The notes under the pieces are model-generated. The model ran no database searches. It had not been told where the DNA came from and saw nothing but the letters and a program-made list of their open reading frames with translations. Shown here one piece after another: positions 43,855 to 57,180 of a stretch of 64,000 bases of DNA; position 1 is the first letter of the stretch; the number at the start of each line of letters is the position of its first letter. Both the position numbers and the translations under genes were made by a program. The DNA is from Antechinus flavipes (taxonomy: Eukaryota): contig NC_067400.1 of the NCBI RefSeq assembly GCF_016432865.1, forward strand, positions 507,594,001-507,658,000, written 5' to 3'.

Positions 43855-44057
43855 GTCCGACCCTCCGGTGGGAGTTCCACTTCCTTACCAACCAGGGTAC
43901 GCCGACTCCGGTTTCCGGCTCATCCGGGTTCTTTTTCCCAACTCCCTAGTCCTTTTTCTTCCAGGTTCCGGTTCAGTTCGGCTTTTGGATCCGCAATGCA
44001 GGAAGCGGTCCTAAGCACATCCGGGTCACTGAGTGACCTTGAACGCTTCTGATAGAC

Positions 44058-44121
44058 ATGGCGCTGTCTGTGGCTGCAGCCTTAGGACGCTTGAACCTTG
44101 GTTGCGCCCGGGGGAGCAGAG
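44058..44121 (+). CDS. SDHD: SDHD exon 1
   Basis: [21 protein letters not shown], donor AG/gtgagg; phase 1 fits exon 2. Confidence 0.85.
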
Positions 44122-47100
44122 GTGAGGCTACCGACAGACGGAGGGCTCTGGTCGTGGAGTTTTCCGCGATGGGAGGGGTCAGCACTCTAGCGGTTTTTGA
44201 GGATCCCAGTCCCGAGGTAACGGGCTTCTTTCGCCCCTCAGTGCAACTTGGACCGTGTCCCCTGTGAGGACCCGGAGTCGCCGCTCGGTCCCGTTCCTGC
44301 CCCGGAATCTCCCCGGGGGTTGTAGAACCGAGGGACTGGCCCTCGGCCCAGGGCTCCGCCCCACGACCTCCCCTTCCCCAACACTGACCGTCTGCCTTTC
44401 TCCGTAGCTCTGCTCCTGGGTCCCCGCTTGCTCAGACCCGCCTTCGTCTCAGCCTCTCTGCCGGACCGGCCTGTCCCCGGAGGTCGGCACATCCACCTGT
44501 CTGCCAGCCACTGCTGTACGTCCTGCCCCCGGCCCCAGCCGGCCTTCCATCCGTTACCCTCACCCTTGGCCAGCCGGGCTGCAATCCCAGCCCAGAGTGA
44601 CCCTCGACTCCGCCAGACAAATCATCTAGTTGAGCCCCTTAATTTAGAAACGAGGAAACTGAAGCACAGACATTCGAATTGACTTGTCCACAAATGACTT
44701 GAGAACTTTGGGAGAGAGCCACAGGTTTTCAGATTCCCCTAGTGTTGCCGTTATCTTTTTGCCTCCTCTAGTGTCAGCATAGGGAAATGTCTGATTCTGA
44801 AAAATTAAATGCAGAAGACTTTGTTTTTCGGAGACTCATTATTTGGAGAAGAGTCATCCTTTAATATTTAGGTAATACAAAGGACTCAAAATAGATAATT
44901 TAATAATGCAAAACAGGTCATTTAAAACTTTTTTGCATGTATTGTGCACCCTAATTTAGGTTGATAATTAAAATCACTTGGCAGTCACTAATAAGTAATT
45001 TAAAAATTTTAATTTACATAATTGACATATTGATAATTGATTTTTTTTTCATTTTATCATCTCCGAAGGAAAGATTTAGTGTCTTGTTTTTGCAGTTCAG
45101 GACGACAAATCAGCACACATTAAATGCCTGCTAAGTCTGGGGATAGGCAAAGAACAAGTTCTTCTCTCAAGGAGCCCAAAACAGACATTTGTTCACAGGC
45201 GACCTATATACAGAATAAGTGGAAGATAATCAATAGAGAGGAAGATACTAGCATTAAAATCCAGGTTTCAGATTATAAAGCTGAAAGGAACTTTAGTCTA
45301 ATGACCACATTTTACCAATGGAGAAACTGAAGGAGGGTTGGAGCCTTAACTTGCCCAAGCTCACATAGAGAGTCCCAGCGCTAGAAGTTGAGATCCTTTT
45401 ATTTCAAATCCAGAGCTGCTGCTTTCTAAGACCTTTAGGCACCTGCCTCTTAAGGTCGGTGTATTATTAGATCTGGATTTTTTTGAGCTCAGAAACTACA
45501 GAAGCTAGACTAAGACTAGGTGTAGTATAGGAGAAAAGGTGTTTGAACGAAAAGATCTGAATTTGAGTCGTGGCTTATTACTTTTTAGCTGTATAACAAC
45601 TAAGCACATCATGTAGTTTCTCAAATCCTTAGTTTTCTCAGGCATGTCATATCCTTACATTGATTTCCAATGTAGGCAGGTCATCTTACCTTGAATCCAA
45701 TTTCCTAATCTAAAATAGATACAATATATCCTTGTATTTGAGGATTATACTGTTAATTGTGAAGTACTGTATGAACATATGAGTTGTTTTTAGTTTTTTT
45801 TTTTCTTCCAAATAGAAGTGTGGATCTGATATTGAGTCTTGATTAAACCCAATTAATTATGGTACCCCTCATAAAGTACTGGGATAAAGCCAAAATTATT
45901 TGTAGCATGTTTTAAAGTTATTCACAAGTAATAGGATATAAAGCAGACCACAAGAGTCTGCAAGTGGCATGTAGACTTTCCTGTTCTCTTGGAGCTGGTT
46001 GGTTTTGAAAGAAAATTTTCTACGTGGCTTTTCAGATGGAATTTCTTTTCCACTGCAGAAGTTTTACATAAATAGAAAAGAGAGGTTTTTTAAATGAGCT
46101 TGCCAAATAATCATTTCCATTTCCAATGTCTCCAACAGTTTGTTATTGTTCAGTGATAATTTCATACTTTGCAAATACACAGATTTATCTCTCCCCAAAA
46201 AGTGGGAATCTATTTTTCTGTAAGAAAACGAAAGAACCAGCAGTCATTTTTCTAAGCTCCCCATTCTTCTCATGTTCTTTGTTAAATCTTTTATACATTT
46301 TGTTAGCTTCACAAATTGACTACTTTTTGTGCACTAATATATACATATTCAGGTTGAAAATGTGTCCTAAGTTCCTTCCCTTATGTCACTTGTTTCTGTC
46401 ATGTCACTTTTAGCTAACTCTAAGGCTGCATCTCTGCACTGGACTAGTGAGAGAGCTGTCAGTGTCTTGTTACTGGGGCTGCTTCCAACTGCCTATCTGT
46501 TCCCGAGCTCTGCAATGGACTACTCACTGGCTGCAGTCCTCACCCTCCATAGTCACTGGTAAGCAGCATATTCCTTATTTACTGTGTTTCCCCGGAGCCT
46601 GATGTGTTTCAATGAGGGGTAGACTGATTTCTCACTCACAGAAATGTTTCAGCTATTTATCCCAGTAAAGTGGAATTACAAAGTTAGAATTGGGCAATTC
46701 TTCTGCTTATGTGCTGTCCTTCCCTTTTTCTCCTCTCTCTCCCTTAAGAGAGAGGTAGTAGACTTGTTCCTTTGATGACAAAAGTGAGAGAAATTCAGAG
46801 GCTATATCAGTTCTAGAAAAAGGGTTGCCATATCACTTCCTTCCTTTGTCATTGGTAACTTAAGTTCTCACTTCCTTCTGCTTTCAAGTTTCACTTTTTC
46901 TGTTTGGATTTTGAAAACTAGGGCTTTTTAAGTTGAGAATAATTGTCCTGAATCTCATTTCTAATACACTGGCAAACTCATCTAATCTCTCTAAATTTCT
47001 GCCTCATCTATAAAATCACAATAACAATTTGTTTTGTCAAGCTTAACTGAGAAGTGTTTAAAGTGTGTGATATTTGTCAGTTTTCGTTTTACTTTAAAAT

Positions 47101-50082
47101 ATTACAATTATGTTAATTAGGAAAGACATTTAAATTAATATGAAGTTAGTTATAAAATGTTTAAAGAAATGCAACTTCATTACTTTGAAATATGGAGGGT
47201 AATTAGAATATAGCCATCAGAGGATTGGGATTTGCTGTAATTATTGGATAGAAATAAATTACAATGAACATAAAATTTATTTGTAAATGGGTGCTTTTAA
47301 AGTGCTTAAATTAATATCACATGGGGGAATTTTAAGTTTTTCTTTCCTGGTCTTTTGTTCTACCTTTAATAAATATTTATTTAGCATAAAATAGTGATAA
47401 AACTAATGGCAAAAATAGTGAGAATAGAACTAAAATTTCTACTTTAGCAATTCTTCATCTTCTGAAAATGCTAACTAAAGCATCAGAAAGGCTTTAAAGC
47501 TATGTTTCTGAGAGAAATTCTCTAAATCTAAGGAAGGAAATTGGTTTGCAAGTACTTGAAAACTGGAGTTTGGCTGTCAAAATTTTTTTCATTTCAAGTT
47601 TAAAGTTTGGGGCTAAAGTGTTTATTCCTGGTGAGTGAGTGCTCTCTCCCTTTCCTTACCTCACATGCTCTTCTGTTACTCCTTAGATGGTGCTGCTGGT
47701 ATCTTTACTAGTTTGAAGGTTTACCAGGAGAATTAACAGTTCTATATTTCTGTTTTGAGGTCAAGGGATAAGGGATTGAGAAGTAGGAAAATTAGGTTTA
47801 AGATATGAGTAGTAGAATAGGGAGATGTGAGTATTGTTCATTTTATTTTTTCTTTTCTGAATTAACCAGTTGTAAATGGCTGATGATGCAGTCTATAATG
47901 TTGGAGCTGAGAATCTTTAAATTTAAAATTCTTTTATACTGTAATTGTTTCTAGTAATAGCAATCCTTTGTTAAGAACTCTTCAGTGACTCCTTGTTGCC
48001 GAATAAAGTTCAGATTCCTTAGCCAGGAATATAGATATAGAAAGCACACAATATGGTGCTGCTCTTTTTCCTGTTTGTGCCCCAGCCAAACAAGATAACT
48101 CACTGTCCTCTGTATATGTACTGCCTTCATGACTTTGCATTATTCCCTATACTTTGTATGCCTTTCTCTGCTTCTTAAGATCCTGCCCATACAGGCATTT
48201 ATTTACTGAAACCTTTCTTGACTTCTTATTTAGTAATGTTTTTGCCTAATTGAGGTTTTGTTTGTACTTCTTAGATACTTTCATGTATTATGACTACATT
48301 TATATGTATTATATACCTTTCCTAAATAATGAGGACAGGAAAACATTCTTGAATCCAGACTGCTTCAACAAAAAAAAGGTGCTTAGTAAATATATACTGA
48401 TTGAATAATTTGCATTTCCTGTCCTCTTCATGAAGGAGTCTGTTAACTGAAATGATTGTTAGAAATGCTATTGATACCAGCTGTTTTAATTTCCCACTAT
48501 TGATTGGCATTTTAAAATATATTAAAAGCTCATAATTATGATTTCAGTTATTTATTCAACCCTTTTGTTTCATAATTGAGGAATTGACCCTTGAAGAGTT
48601 AAATAATTCCTTTAATTTACAATTTTGTATTCTGGTAAGAAATTCCTTTGATTTAGAAAAGACTCTCCTAATGGCATAGATACTATTTCGAAATAAAAGT
48701 AAAAATTAGGAGGAAGCAGGTTTTTGTTTTTTGTTTTTTGTTTTTTTTTTTTGTCTAGACTTGTGATTTCGCTGGTGTACGGACTGCTTGGGCAGCAATT
48801 CCTACTGCTTGAGCAGATCTATACCTGCTGCGTAATTGCAAGTCTCAAAGAATGGATTGTTACTGAGAAGTTTGAGTGATCTGCCAAAGGTCATATAATC
48901 AACATGTCCAAGAGATGAACTTAAACTATTGTACTGCTGGAAGGCTGCTATTTATCTGATATACCTTGCAGCTTCTCAGTGATTAATTAATTATTCAGGA
49001 TAAACAGTTCTCAAAATGTTAAGGGAAATATGGAAGGGGAGAATATGTAGATAAATGTTAGTATTTGTCAGAGTGGGCCCTTAATATTAATGTTTGTTGA
49101 TTAAATATTCATTTACATCCTGATTTATTCCTTTACATTGTTGTCATTTTTTTAAAAAGTACAACCATTAATGAATACATAGCAACTAATTAAATGCTGT
49201 TTGGATTATCATAAATTCAAAACTATTGGATTTAGTTTGCTTTCCTGTATTTTCAAATGCCAGCCAATAGAAAGAGAATAAATATGGAACCAATAATATT
49301 TTGATAAATGCCCCAATTAATATCTATCTCCATTATTCTTTGTAGAAACTCTTATTTATTTATATTTTACTCCAAAGAATGAAGTTTGGTGGGTTGATGC
49401 ACAAGTCTTTTAGCACATTACTTAAAGGTGTACACTCTAACATGAGCTAATGCCTAAAATAATCTGAGTTATTTTAATGATTTTCACATGGACCCTTTTG
49501 AGTTTTTTTGTATGTGATATATTTTACTAATCCAAGTAGATTGATAGCTGTCAGGACTTGCCTTTTTTTCTCCAGTACAAGATTCCCTGGGGATTATTCT
49601 CCTGAGAGTTTGATTTCAGTTAGAACTTCTTGCTTCCTTTTTTCTTAAGTTATGACCTTTCTTACTATGAATTGGGTTTTTAAAATTTTTTTCAAAACAT
49701 GAAAAGAATATTATCTCCTAATTGTAGAATTACCATATACAAAAGTTTCTGAAGAGATAAAAAAGATTAATAGTAGGAGCTGAAGAAGATAATAAAAATA
49801 TTGCATTTGATACTTGACTAGTTCTTGTTAATAATGAGATCAATATGCAAATATCCTTTTAATGTTACTTGTCACTTTTACCATGTACTATGAGAGAATT
49901 TTGTTTTTCTCTTTAGGGGTCTTGGACAGCTTATTACTGACTATGTTCATGGAGACAAGATGGTGAAAGGAGCCAATGCAAGTCTCTTGATGCTCTCAGC
50001 CGTGACCTTTGCAGGACTCTGCTATTTCAACTATCATGATGTGGGCATCTGCAAAGCTGTTGGCATGCTGTGGAGCCTCTGA
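44058..50082 (+). CDS. SDHD: Succinate dehydrogenase cytochrome b small subunit, exons 44058-44121,44408-44515,46414-46558,49917-50082
   Basis: 483 nt = 160 aa + [23 protein letters not shown] (heme-ligand His), TDYVHG (quinone-site Asp/Tyr), [16 protein letters not shown]. Confidence 0.96.
44408..44515 (+). CDS. SDHD: SDHD exon 2
   Basis: [21 protein letters not shown]...HIHLSASHC, donor gtacgt. Confidence 0.9.
46414..46558 (+). CDS. SDHD: SDHD exon 3
   Basis: [23 protein letters not shown]...LTLHSH. Confidence 0.97.
49917..50082 (+). CDS. SDHD: SDHD exon 4
   Basis: [13 protein letters not shown]...[23 protein letters not shown]. Confidence 0.97.
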
Positions 50083-50508
50083 CCTCCCTTGGAAAAGAAA
50101 TGATAGAACACCCATTGCCTCTGCTCTATCACATTAACCAATGAAAATTCGAGGAAAGTAGCAATGAAGTCAACTGATGAGACCTCCCTTGTTCTTCAGT
50201 CAGGCGTATGTATTTCAACAATTGATCTCTGTGAGGAATGTAATCCAAGAAGGATTAGATTAAAGAAATTGTGAGATTGGTTTGTGATCCAAGTTCTGAT
50301 GAGTCATTAAGTTGTCTCAGGATCTCACTAGGTTTATTATCTTGCTTAACCCTTGTAAGCTGCCACATTTCAATTTAATGCTCTCTTAAGAATTCAGTTA
50401 TTCATCATTCTGTTGTGATTAGATTTTTTTCCAGCAGCCTTGTCCCTCTTATAATAATTCTTCTTCTTGGGAATCTTGGACAAAAGAAGACATTTTGTTA
50501 ATTCATAT

Positions 50509-50514
50509 AATAAA
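50509..50514 (+). terminator. Candidate SDHD polyadenylation signal
   Basis: AATAAA about 430 nt after the SDHD stop, followed by T-rich sequence. Confidence 0.5.
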
Positions 50515-50617
50515 ACATTTGCTAGAAAGAAAACCACGTGTTTTATTTTGAGAACTTTTCATCTCTTTTCACTGTTCAGATGTGTTCACTCTTGCATGAC
50601 TTAAAGAAAGCTTACAA

Positions 50618-50750
50618 CAGCTATATGGTGCAATGGATAGAGTACCAATCCTGAAATTAGGAGGACTTGAGTTCAAATCTAGTCTCAAACACTTAACACT
50701 TCCTAGCTGTGTGACCTTGGGCAAGTCACTTAACCTTAATTGCCTCAGCA
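50618..50750 (+). mobile_element. WSINE1-like SINE
   Basis: tRNA-like head ggtgcaatggatagag...gagttcaaat, CORE segment, A tail. Confidence 0.72.
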
Positions 50751-51309
50751 AAAAAAAGAAAGAAAGTTTACAATTAGGAAAGTACTGTTGGCTTATGTTC
50801 TTTTTACTTAATCTCGTTAATTTTATTAGTACTAGAGTTTCCCCTTCCCAAAATACAGATTAGCTTTCCATAAAAAGCAGAAAAGCTCTCCCTGGGACTT
50901 GACTGGCCCCTACCTCTCTTGATATAGCTTCCTTGTCACTTAAGGACATAAATAAGTATTACTCACATGGAGTCAGGGCTTTTCTAATTTGGTGGATTTA
51001 TGATCATGCAAGTCACTGTATCCTGCCATGCTGACCAGGTAATTACCATATGGAGTTGAGGGACTTGAGTGCCACTATTTCTCTGTTGCATAGTCTTGCT
51101 GTATTAGGACAAATTAAACCTTTTCTTAACTGTTTAGTGACCTTCACATCTCCATAACTAATTTGAGTAAAGTGCTATTGTTAAGTCCTCTCTTAACACC
51201 AATTTACAAGTATTAAGGGAAAGGTAGAGTAGATTATATGAGCTGGAAGCTGCTGAGTATCTGGAGCCCAGATTGAGAAAAGAATTTTTAAGATAAGATT
51301 GGCCAAGTG

Positions 51310-52095
51310 TAATGTTTGGACATAAGAATAAAATTGTTGAGGAATGGATTGATCCCAACATTCTGGGAAGCAATTTGGAATTGGGCCAAGAAAGTGACTA
51401 AAATGTTTATTGACATTCTCCTATTAGGTATATACCCCCAAGGAAGTCAGTCAGTAAAGAGGAAAATCCCCATATACATTGCAATATTTTGTAATAGCAA
51501 ATAATAGGAATCAAAGTAAATAATCATTTGGGATAGCAAAACAAATTGTACAATGCGAATGTTATGGTGTGTGAGAGTAATCAGAGACCAGGAATTTGAC
51601 CTTGACTCCACAGAAAATGGTTTCAGAGAAGCCTGGAGAGACTTTCATGAACTGATCCTAAATGAAGTAAGCAGAATCAGGAGATCATTGTACACGGCAA
51701 CAAGACTATATGATGATCAATTCTGATAGACGTGGCTATCTTCAACAATGAGATGATTCAGGCCAGTTCCAATGATTTTATGATGAAGAGAGCCAGCTAC
51801 ACCCAAAGAGAGGATTATGGGAACTGAGTGTGGACCACAACATAGCATTTTCACCTTTTTTGTTGTTTACATGCATTTTGTATTCTTTCTCTTTTTTTTT
51901 TTTGATCTGATTTTTCTTGTGCAGCACCATAATTATAGATGTAGAATGTACATATATTTAACATATATTGAATTAGTTGCTGTCTAGGGGGAGGAGGTGG
52001 GGCGAAGGGAGAGAAAAAATTTGGACACAAGGTTTAGCAAGGGCAAATGTTGAAAATTATCCATGCATATATTTTGAAAATAAAAAGCCTTAATT
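51310..52095 (+). mobile_element. L1 3' fragments
   Basis: PTFWEAIWNWAK ORF2 remnant, then 3'UTR ending AATAAAAAG. Confidence 0.65.
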
Positions 52096-54835
52096 AAAAA
52101 AATATTAGAGTTGAACAAATGGAAGTTAATGACTATGAGAAATCAAAATACAATAAAGCAAAACCAAAAAAAAAAAATGAAAAAATAGAAAAAATGTGAA
52201 ATATCTCATTGGAAAAATGACTGACATGTAAAATAGCTCCAGGAAAGATAAAATTTAAAATTATTGGTCTGTCTAAAACTCATAATCAAAAAATAAGAGC
52301 CTGGACATAATTTTTCAAGAAATTATCAAGGAAAAGTAAAATTGGCTAAATGGAAAAGGTGGTACAAAGTTAACTAAGGAAACAATTCCTTAAAAATTAT
52401 AACTGGGCAAATGGAAGCTAATGCCCCTATGAAAAATCAACAATCAGTCAAACAAAACCAAAAAAAAAAAAAAAAAAGGAAAAAATAAAAGAAAATTTAA
52501 AATACTTCATTGGAAAAACAAGTGACTTGGAAAATCGATGCAGAAAGATAATTTGAGAAATATTGGACTACCTGAAGACCATAATTTAAAAAAAAAATTG
52601 TGGACTTTTCTTTCAAGAAATTTTAAAGCAAAACCATCCTGTTATCCTAGAATTAGAGGGTAAAGCAGTCATTGAACGAATCCACTGATCACTCCCTGAA
52701 AGAGATCCCAAAATGAAATTCCAAGGAGTATTGTAACAAAATCTAGAATTAACAGGCGAAGGAGAAAATACTACAAGTAGCCAAAAACAAACAGTTCAAA
52801 TATCAAGGAGCCACAGTTAGGATTATATAGGATTTAACATCCTCTAAAGAATCATAGGGCTTAGGATATAATATTCTGGATTGCAAAAGATCTACCAAGA
52901 ATTGACTATCCAGCAAAAATGACAATCTTTTAGGGGAAAAGATGGCTAGTCAATGAAATAGGAGACTTGCAAAGTTTCCTGATGAAAAGATCACAGCTGA
53001 ACATAAAATTTGATTCTCAAATACAAAACTCAAGAGAAACATAAAAAGGTAAACAAGAAATAAATAAATAATACATTCTTTTTTTTTTTTTTTTTAAATA
53101 ATACATTGTTCAATAAGATTAAACTTTTTCATCTCTACACAGGAAGAAATACTTCTAACTCTTTAGAACTATATCTCTCCACACAAATACCATAATGTTC
53201 AGAAATAGAATTCTTAGAAAAAAATAGGGATAGCAACCATTGATCTCAGACAAAGCTAAAGCTAAAATAGTTTTAATCAAAATAGAAAAATAAGGCAACT
53301 ATACAATATGTCATCGATATTAATCAATATTGTTTTGCTCTCCTAGAATCACAATGATTGCCAATCTCAATTTGATATAATTTATAAGCTTATAGAATAT
53401 TTATCTCCTAATAAAAAGGGAGATACCATATCTGTTAACTGTCTGTGTTGAATTTCCATAATCAATAGCATGGTTAATAAATATTTTGCAACAACAACAA
53501 CAACAAAAAAAGAACTATATCTCTATTAGGGCAGTTAAAAGGAGTATACATAGATAAAAGTGTGGGATATGATGACTTTGATATGACAATATAAGAAAAA
53601 TCACAGGTGAATAAAAGAATTGTACTGGGAGAAGAAGAAAGGAGGCAGAATAAGATAAATTACTTAAAATGAAGAGACACAAAAGACATATTAGAATAAA
53701 AGAAGGGAGGGAATGATCATTGAACCTTATCAGATTCAAAAAGGAAATAACATATACACTTAGGTGGACATAGAAATTTATCTTGCTTTTTAGGGAAGTA
53801 GGGAAAAGACAAAAGAAAAGCAGGGGGTGTTGACAAAAAGGAGGGCAAATTGAGAGAGGTGGTGGTCAGAAGCAAAACAATGTTGAAAGAAAGGGGAAAA
53901 GAAAGAAAAGTAATAAAAGGGAGAGCGGGAAGAGATAGAATGAAGGAAAATAGTAATCATCATTGGATGAACTCTCCCATAAAATGGGAACAGATAGCAG
54001 AGTGAATTAATAACTAAAATCCTACAATATATTATTTGCAAGAAATACATTTGAAGCATAGAGATACACACAGAGTAAAGGTAAAAGACTGAAGCAGAAT
54101 ATATTATGCTTTATCTGAAGTAGAAAAAGCAGGAGTAGCAATCTTGATTTCAGAGAAAGCAAAAGCAAAGATAGATTTAATTTTAAAAGATAAGAAAATT
54201 ACAACTTGTTAAAAGGTATTATAGAAAATGAATTAATATCAATACTAAATATACATGCACCAAATGGTATAGCATTTAAATTCTTAGAAGAGAAGTGAGT
54301 TAAAAGAAGAAACAACAAAACTATGCTAAGGGGAGATCTTAATCTCCCCCTCAGAAACTACAAAATAAAAAAGTTAAGAAGATGAATAGAATTTTAGAAA
54401 AGTTAGATATGATAGATCTAAGGAGAAAACGAAAAGGGGATAGAAAGGAATATGCTTTTTTTTTTTTTTTCTGAGCAGTACATGGCACCTACATAAAAAC
54501 TGGCCATGTATTAAATGGACATGAAAAATCTCAATCAAATGCAGAAAAGCAGAAATACTAAATTCATTCTTTCCAATTGTGATGCAATAAAAAAAATAGG
54601 TGAAATAAAGGACCCTGGAAAGATATTTTAAAGACTAATTGAAAACTAAATAATCTAATCCTAAAAAATGAGTGGGTCAAACAACAAATCATAGAAACAA
54701 TTGATAATTTCATCAAAGAGAACAACAATAATGAGACAATATACCAGAATTTATGGGATGCAGCCAAAACAATACTTAGAAGAAATTTTATCTTGGAATG
54801 CTTACAATGAATAAACCACAAAAGGAGGAAATCAG

Positions 54836-54970
54836 AGGCCGCTAGGTGGTGCAGTGGATAGAGAGCACCAGCCCTGAAGTCAGGAGAAACAGTTCAAATT
54901 TGACCTCAGACACTTAACACTTCCTAGCTGTGTGATCCTAGGCAAGTCACTTAATCCTAATTGCCTAGGA
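54836..54970 (+). mobile_element. WSINE1-like SINE nested in L1
   Basis: gctaggtggtgcagtggatagag...cttaatcctaattgcctag. Confidence 0.72.
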
Positions 54971-56402
54971 AAAGACAAGAAAAGAAAAGGGAAAAAAAAA
55001 AAGAAAAAGGAGATCAATGAATTGGGCATGCAACTAAGAAAGCTAGGAAAAGAACATATTTAAAACCTCCAGTTAAATACTAAATTAGAAATTCTGAAAA
55101 TTTGAATGAAAAGGAAAGTAAAAATACTACTGGACTAATAAATAAAACTAAGAGCTAATTTTATGGGGGGTAGGGGGTGGGAACAATCCAGTAAAATAGA
55201 TAAAACTTTGGTTAATTTGATTAGAAAAAAAGAAGAAAACCAAATTAGCAGTATCAAAAATGAAAAAGGATGAATTCACCACCAATGAAGGGGAAATTAA
55301 AACAATCATTAGAAGTTATTTTGCCCAACAATATGCCAATAAATCTGACACTCTAAGTGAAATGGATGATTATTTACAAAAATATAAATTGCCCAGATTA
55401 AAAGAAGAGCAAATGGGTTTAAATATTTTATTTCCTTTTCTGTTAATGAACTCTCTAAGAAAAAATTTCCAGGGTCAGATGGATTATAAGTGAGTTTTTC
55501 AAACATTTAAAGAACAATTTCAATACTACACAAACTATCTGGAAAAATAGGTGGAGTCCTACAAAATTTCTTTTTATGACACAAATATAATGCTGATATT
55601 CATAGCAGGGTACTCAAAACAAAGAAAGAAAATTATAGACCAATTTCCTTAATGAATAGTAATGCAAAAAAATTAAATAAAATATTAGCAAAGATATTAC
55701 AGCAATTTATCACTAGAATAATTCACTATTATCAGATGGGATTTATACCAGTAATGCAGGACTGGTTAAATAGTAGGAAAACTATCAGCATAATTGGCCA
55801 TATCAATAACAAAACTACAGAAATCATATGATTATCTCAAAGGATTCAAAAGCTTTTGAAAATATACAGCACCCATTCGAGCATAGAATAAATGGAATTT
55901 TCCTTAAAATGAAAAGCAGTATCTAAAACCATTACCAAGCAAGTAATGGGGATAAGCCAAGAAGCATTTCCAGTAAGATCAAAAATGAAGAAGGATGCCC
56001 ATTTTCACTATTGTTATTCAATATTGTACTGGAAATGTTAGCTTTAGGATTTTAGAGAAGAAAAAGAAATTGAAGGAATTAAAATAGGCAACAAGAAAAC
56101 ACAACTATCACTCTTTGCAGATGATATGATGGTATACTTAGGGAACCAACTAAAAAACTATTTGAAGCAATTAACAACTTTAACAAAGTTGTAGGATACA
56201 CAATAAATCCACTTGAATCACTGACATTTCTCAAAATGGATAATTTTGATTATATTAAATTAAGAAGTTTTTGCACGAACAAAACTGATGCAGCTAAGAT
56301 TAGAAGGGAAGCAGAAAACTGGGAAACACTTTATAAAAAAGCCAGTGTTTCTGATAAAGACCTCATTATTTTTATAAAAATGTCATTCCCCAATTGGATA
56401 TC

Positions 56403-56644
56403 NNNNNNNNNNNNNNNNNNNNNNNNNNNNNNNNNNNNNNNNNNNNNNNNNNNNNNNNNNNNNNNNNNNNNNNNNNNNNNNNNNNNNNNNNNNNNNNNNN
56501 NNNNNNNNNNNNNNNNNNNNNNNNNNNNNNNNNNNNNNNNNNNNNNNNNNNNNNNNNNNNNNNNNNNNNNNNNNNNNNNNNNNNNNNNNNNNNNNNNNNN
56601 NNNNNNNNNNNNNNNNNNNNNNNNNNNNNNNNNNNNNNNNNNNN
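56403..56644. other. Assembly gap (242 N)
   Basis: Run of n characters. Confidence 1.
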
Positions 56645-57180
56645 GTCTGAGGCCAAATTTGAACTCTAGGTCCTCCTGACTTCAGGTCTGGTGCTCTATC
56701 CACTGCACATCTAGTTGCCCCCAAATATGAATAATTTCAAAATGAAGAAATTAAAGTCATTTATAGTCAAAAGACTCAATCATTATTGATTAGAGAAATG
56801 CAAATTAAGACAACTGTGAGGTACTATTTCATGCCTATCAGATTGACTAAGATGACAGAAAAAGATTATGACAAATGTTGAGAGGGATGTGGGAAAACTA
56901 GGTCACTAAAGCATTATTGGTGGAGTTGGGAAATGATCCAACCATTTTGGAGAGCAATTTGGAACTATGTCCAAAGGGCTATAACACTTTTTGATCCAGC
57001 AGTGTCACAACTGGGCCTGTGTCTTAAAGAAATCATAAAAGAGAGAATAGGATTCACATGTGCAAAAATGTCTGTAGCACCTCTTTTTGTAATGGCAAGG
57101 AATTGGAAACTGAATGGATGCCCATCAATTGGAGAATGGCTGAATAAGTTGTGGTATATGAATGTAATAAAAACTACAGT

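Larger units (their letters stand above)
43600..44620. promoter_or_regulatory. CpG island, bidirectional promoter TIMM8B/SDHD
   Basis: ATGs only 203 nt apart; several TTCCGG/ATCCGG/GGAAG ETS cores; ERR element TGACCTTGA at 44034-44042. Confidence 0.88.
52100..57170 (+). mobile_element. Heavily degenerate long L1 (ORF1 remnants and ORF2), spans the gap
   Basis: ORF2 remnants: EGEIKTIIRSYFAQ, ctctttgcagatgatatg (FADD), DYIKLRSFCT, QPFWRAIWNY; many stops and deletions. Confidence 0.75.

Noticed and set aside
43855-43890. N-terminally extended TIMM8B
   Set aside because: In-frame TAA at 43887-43885 with no ATG between it and 43854.
56236-56724. ORFs containing X runs
   Set aside because: Artefacts of the N gap.
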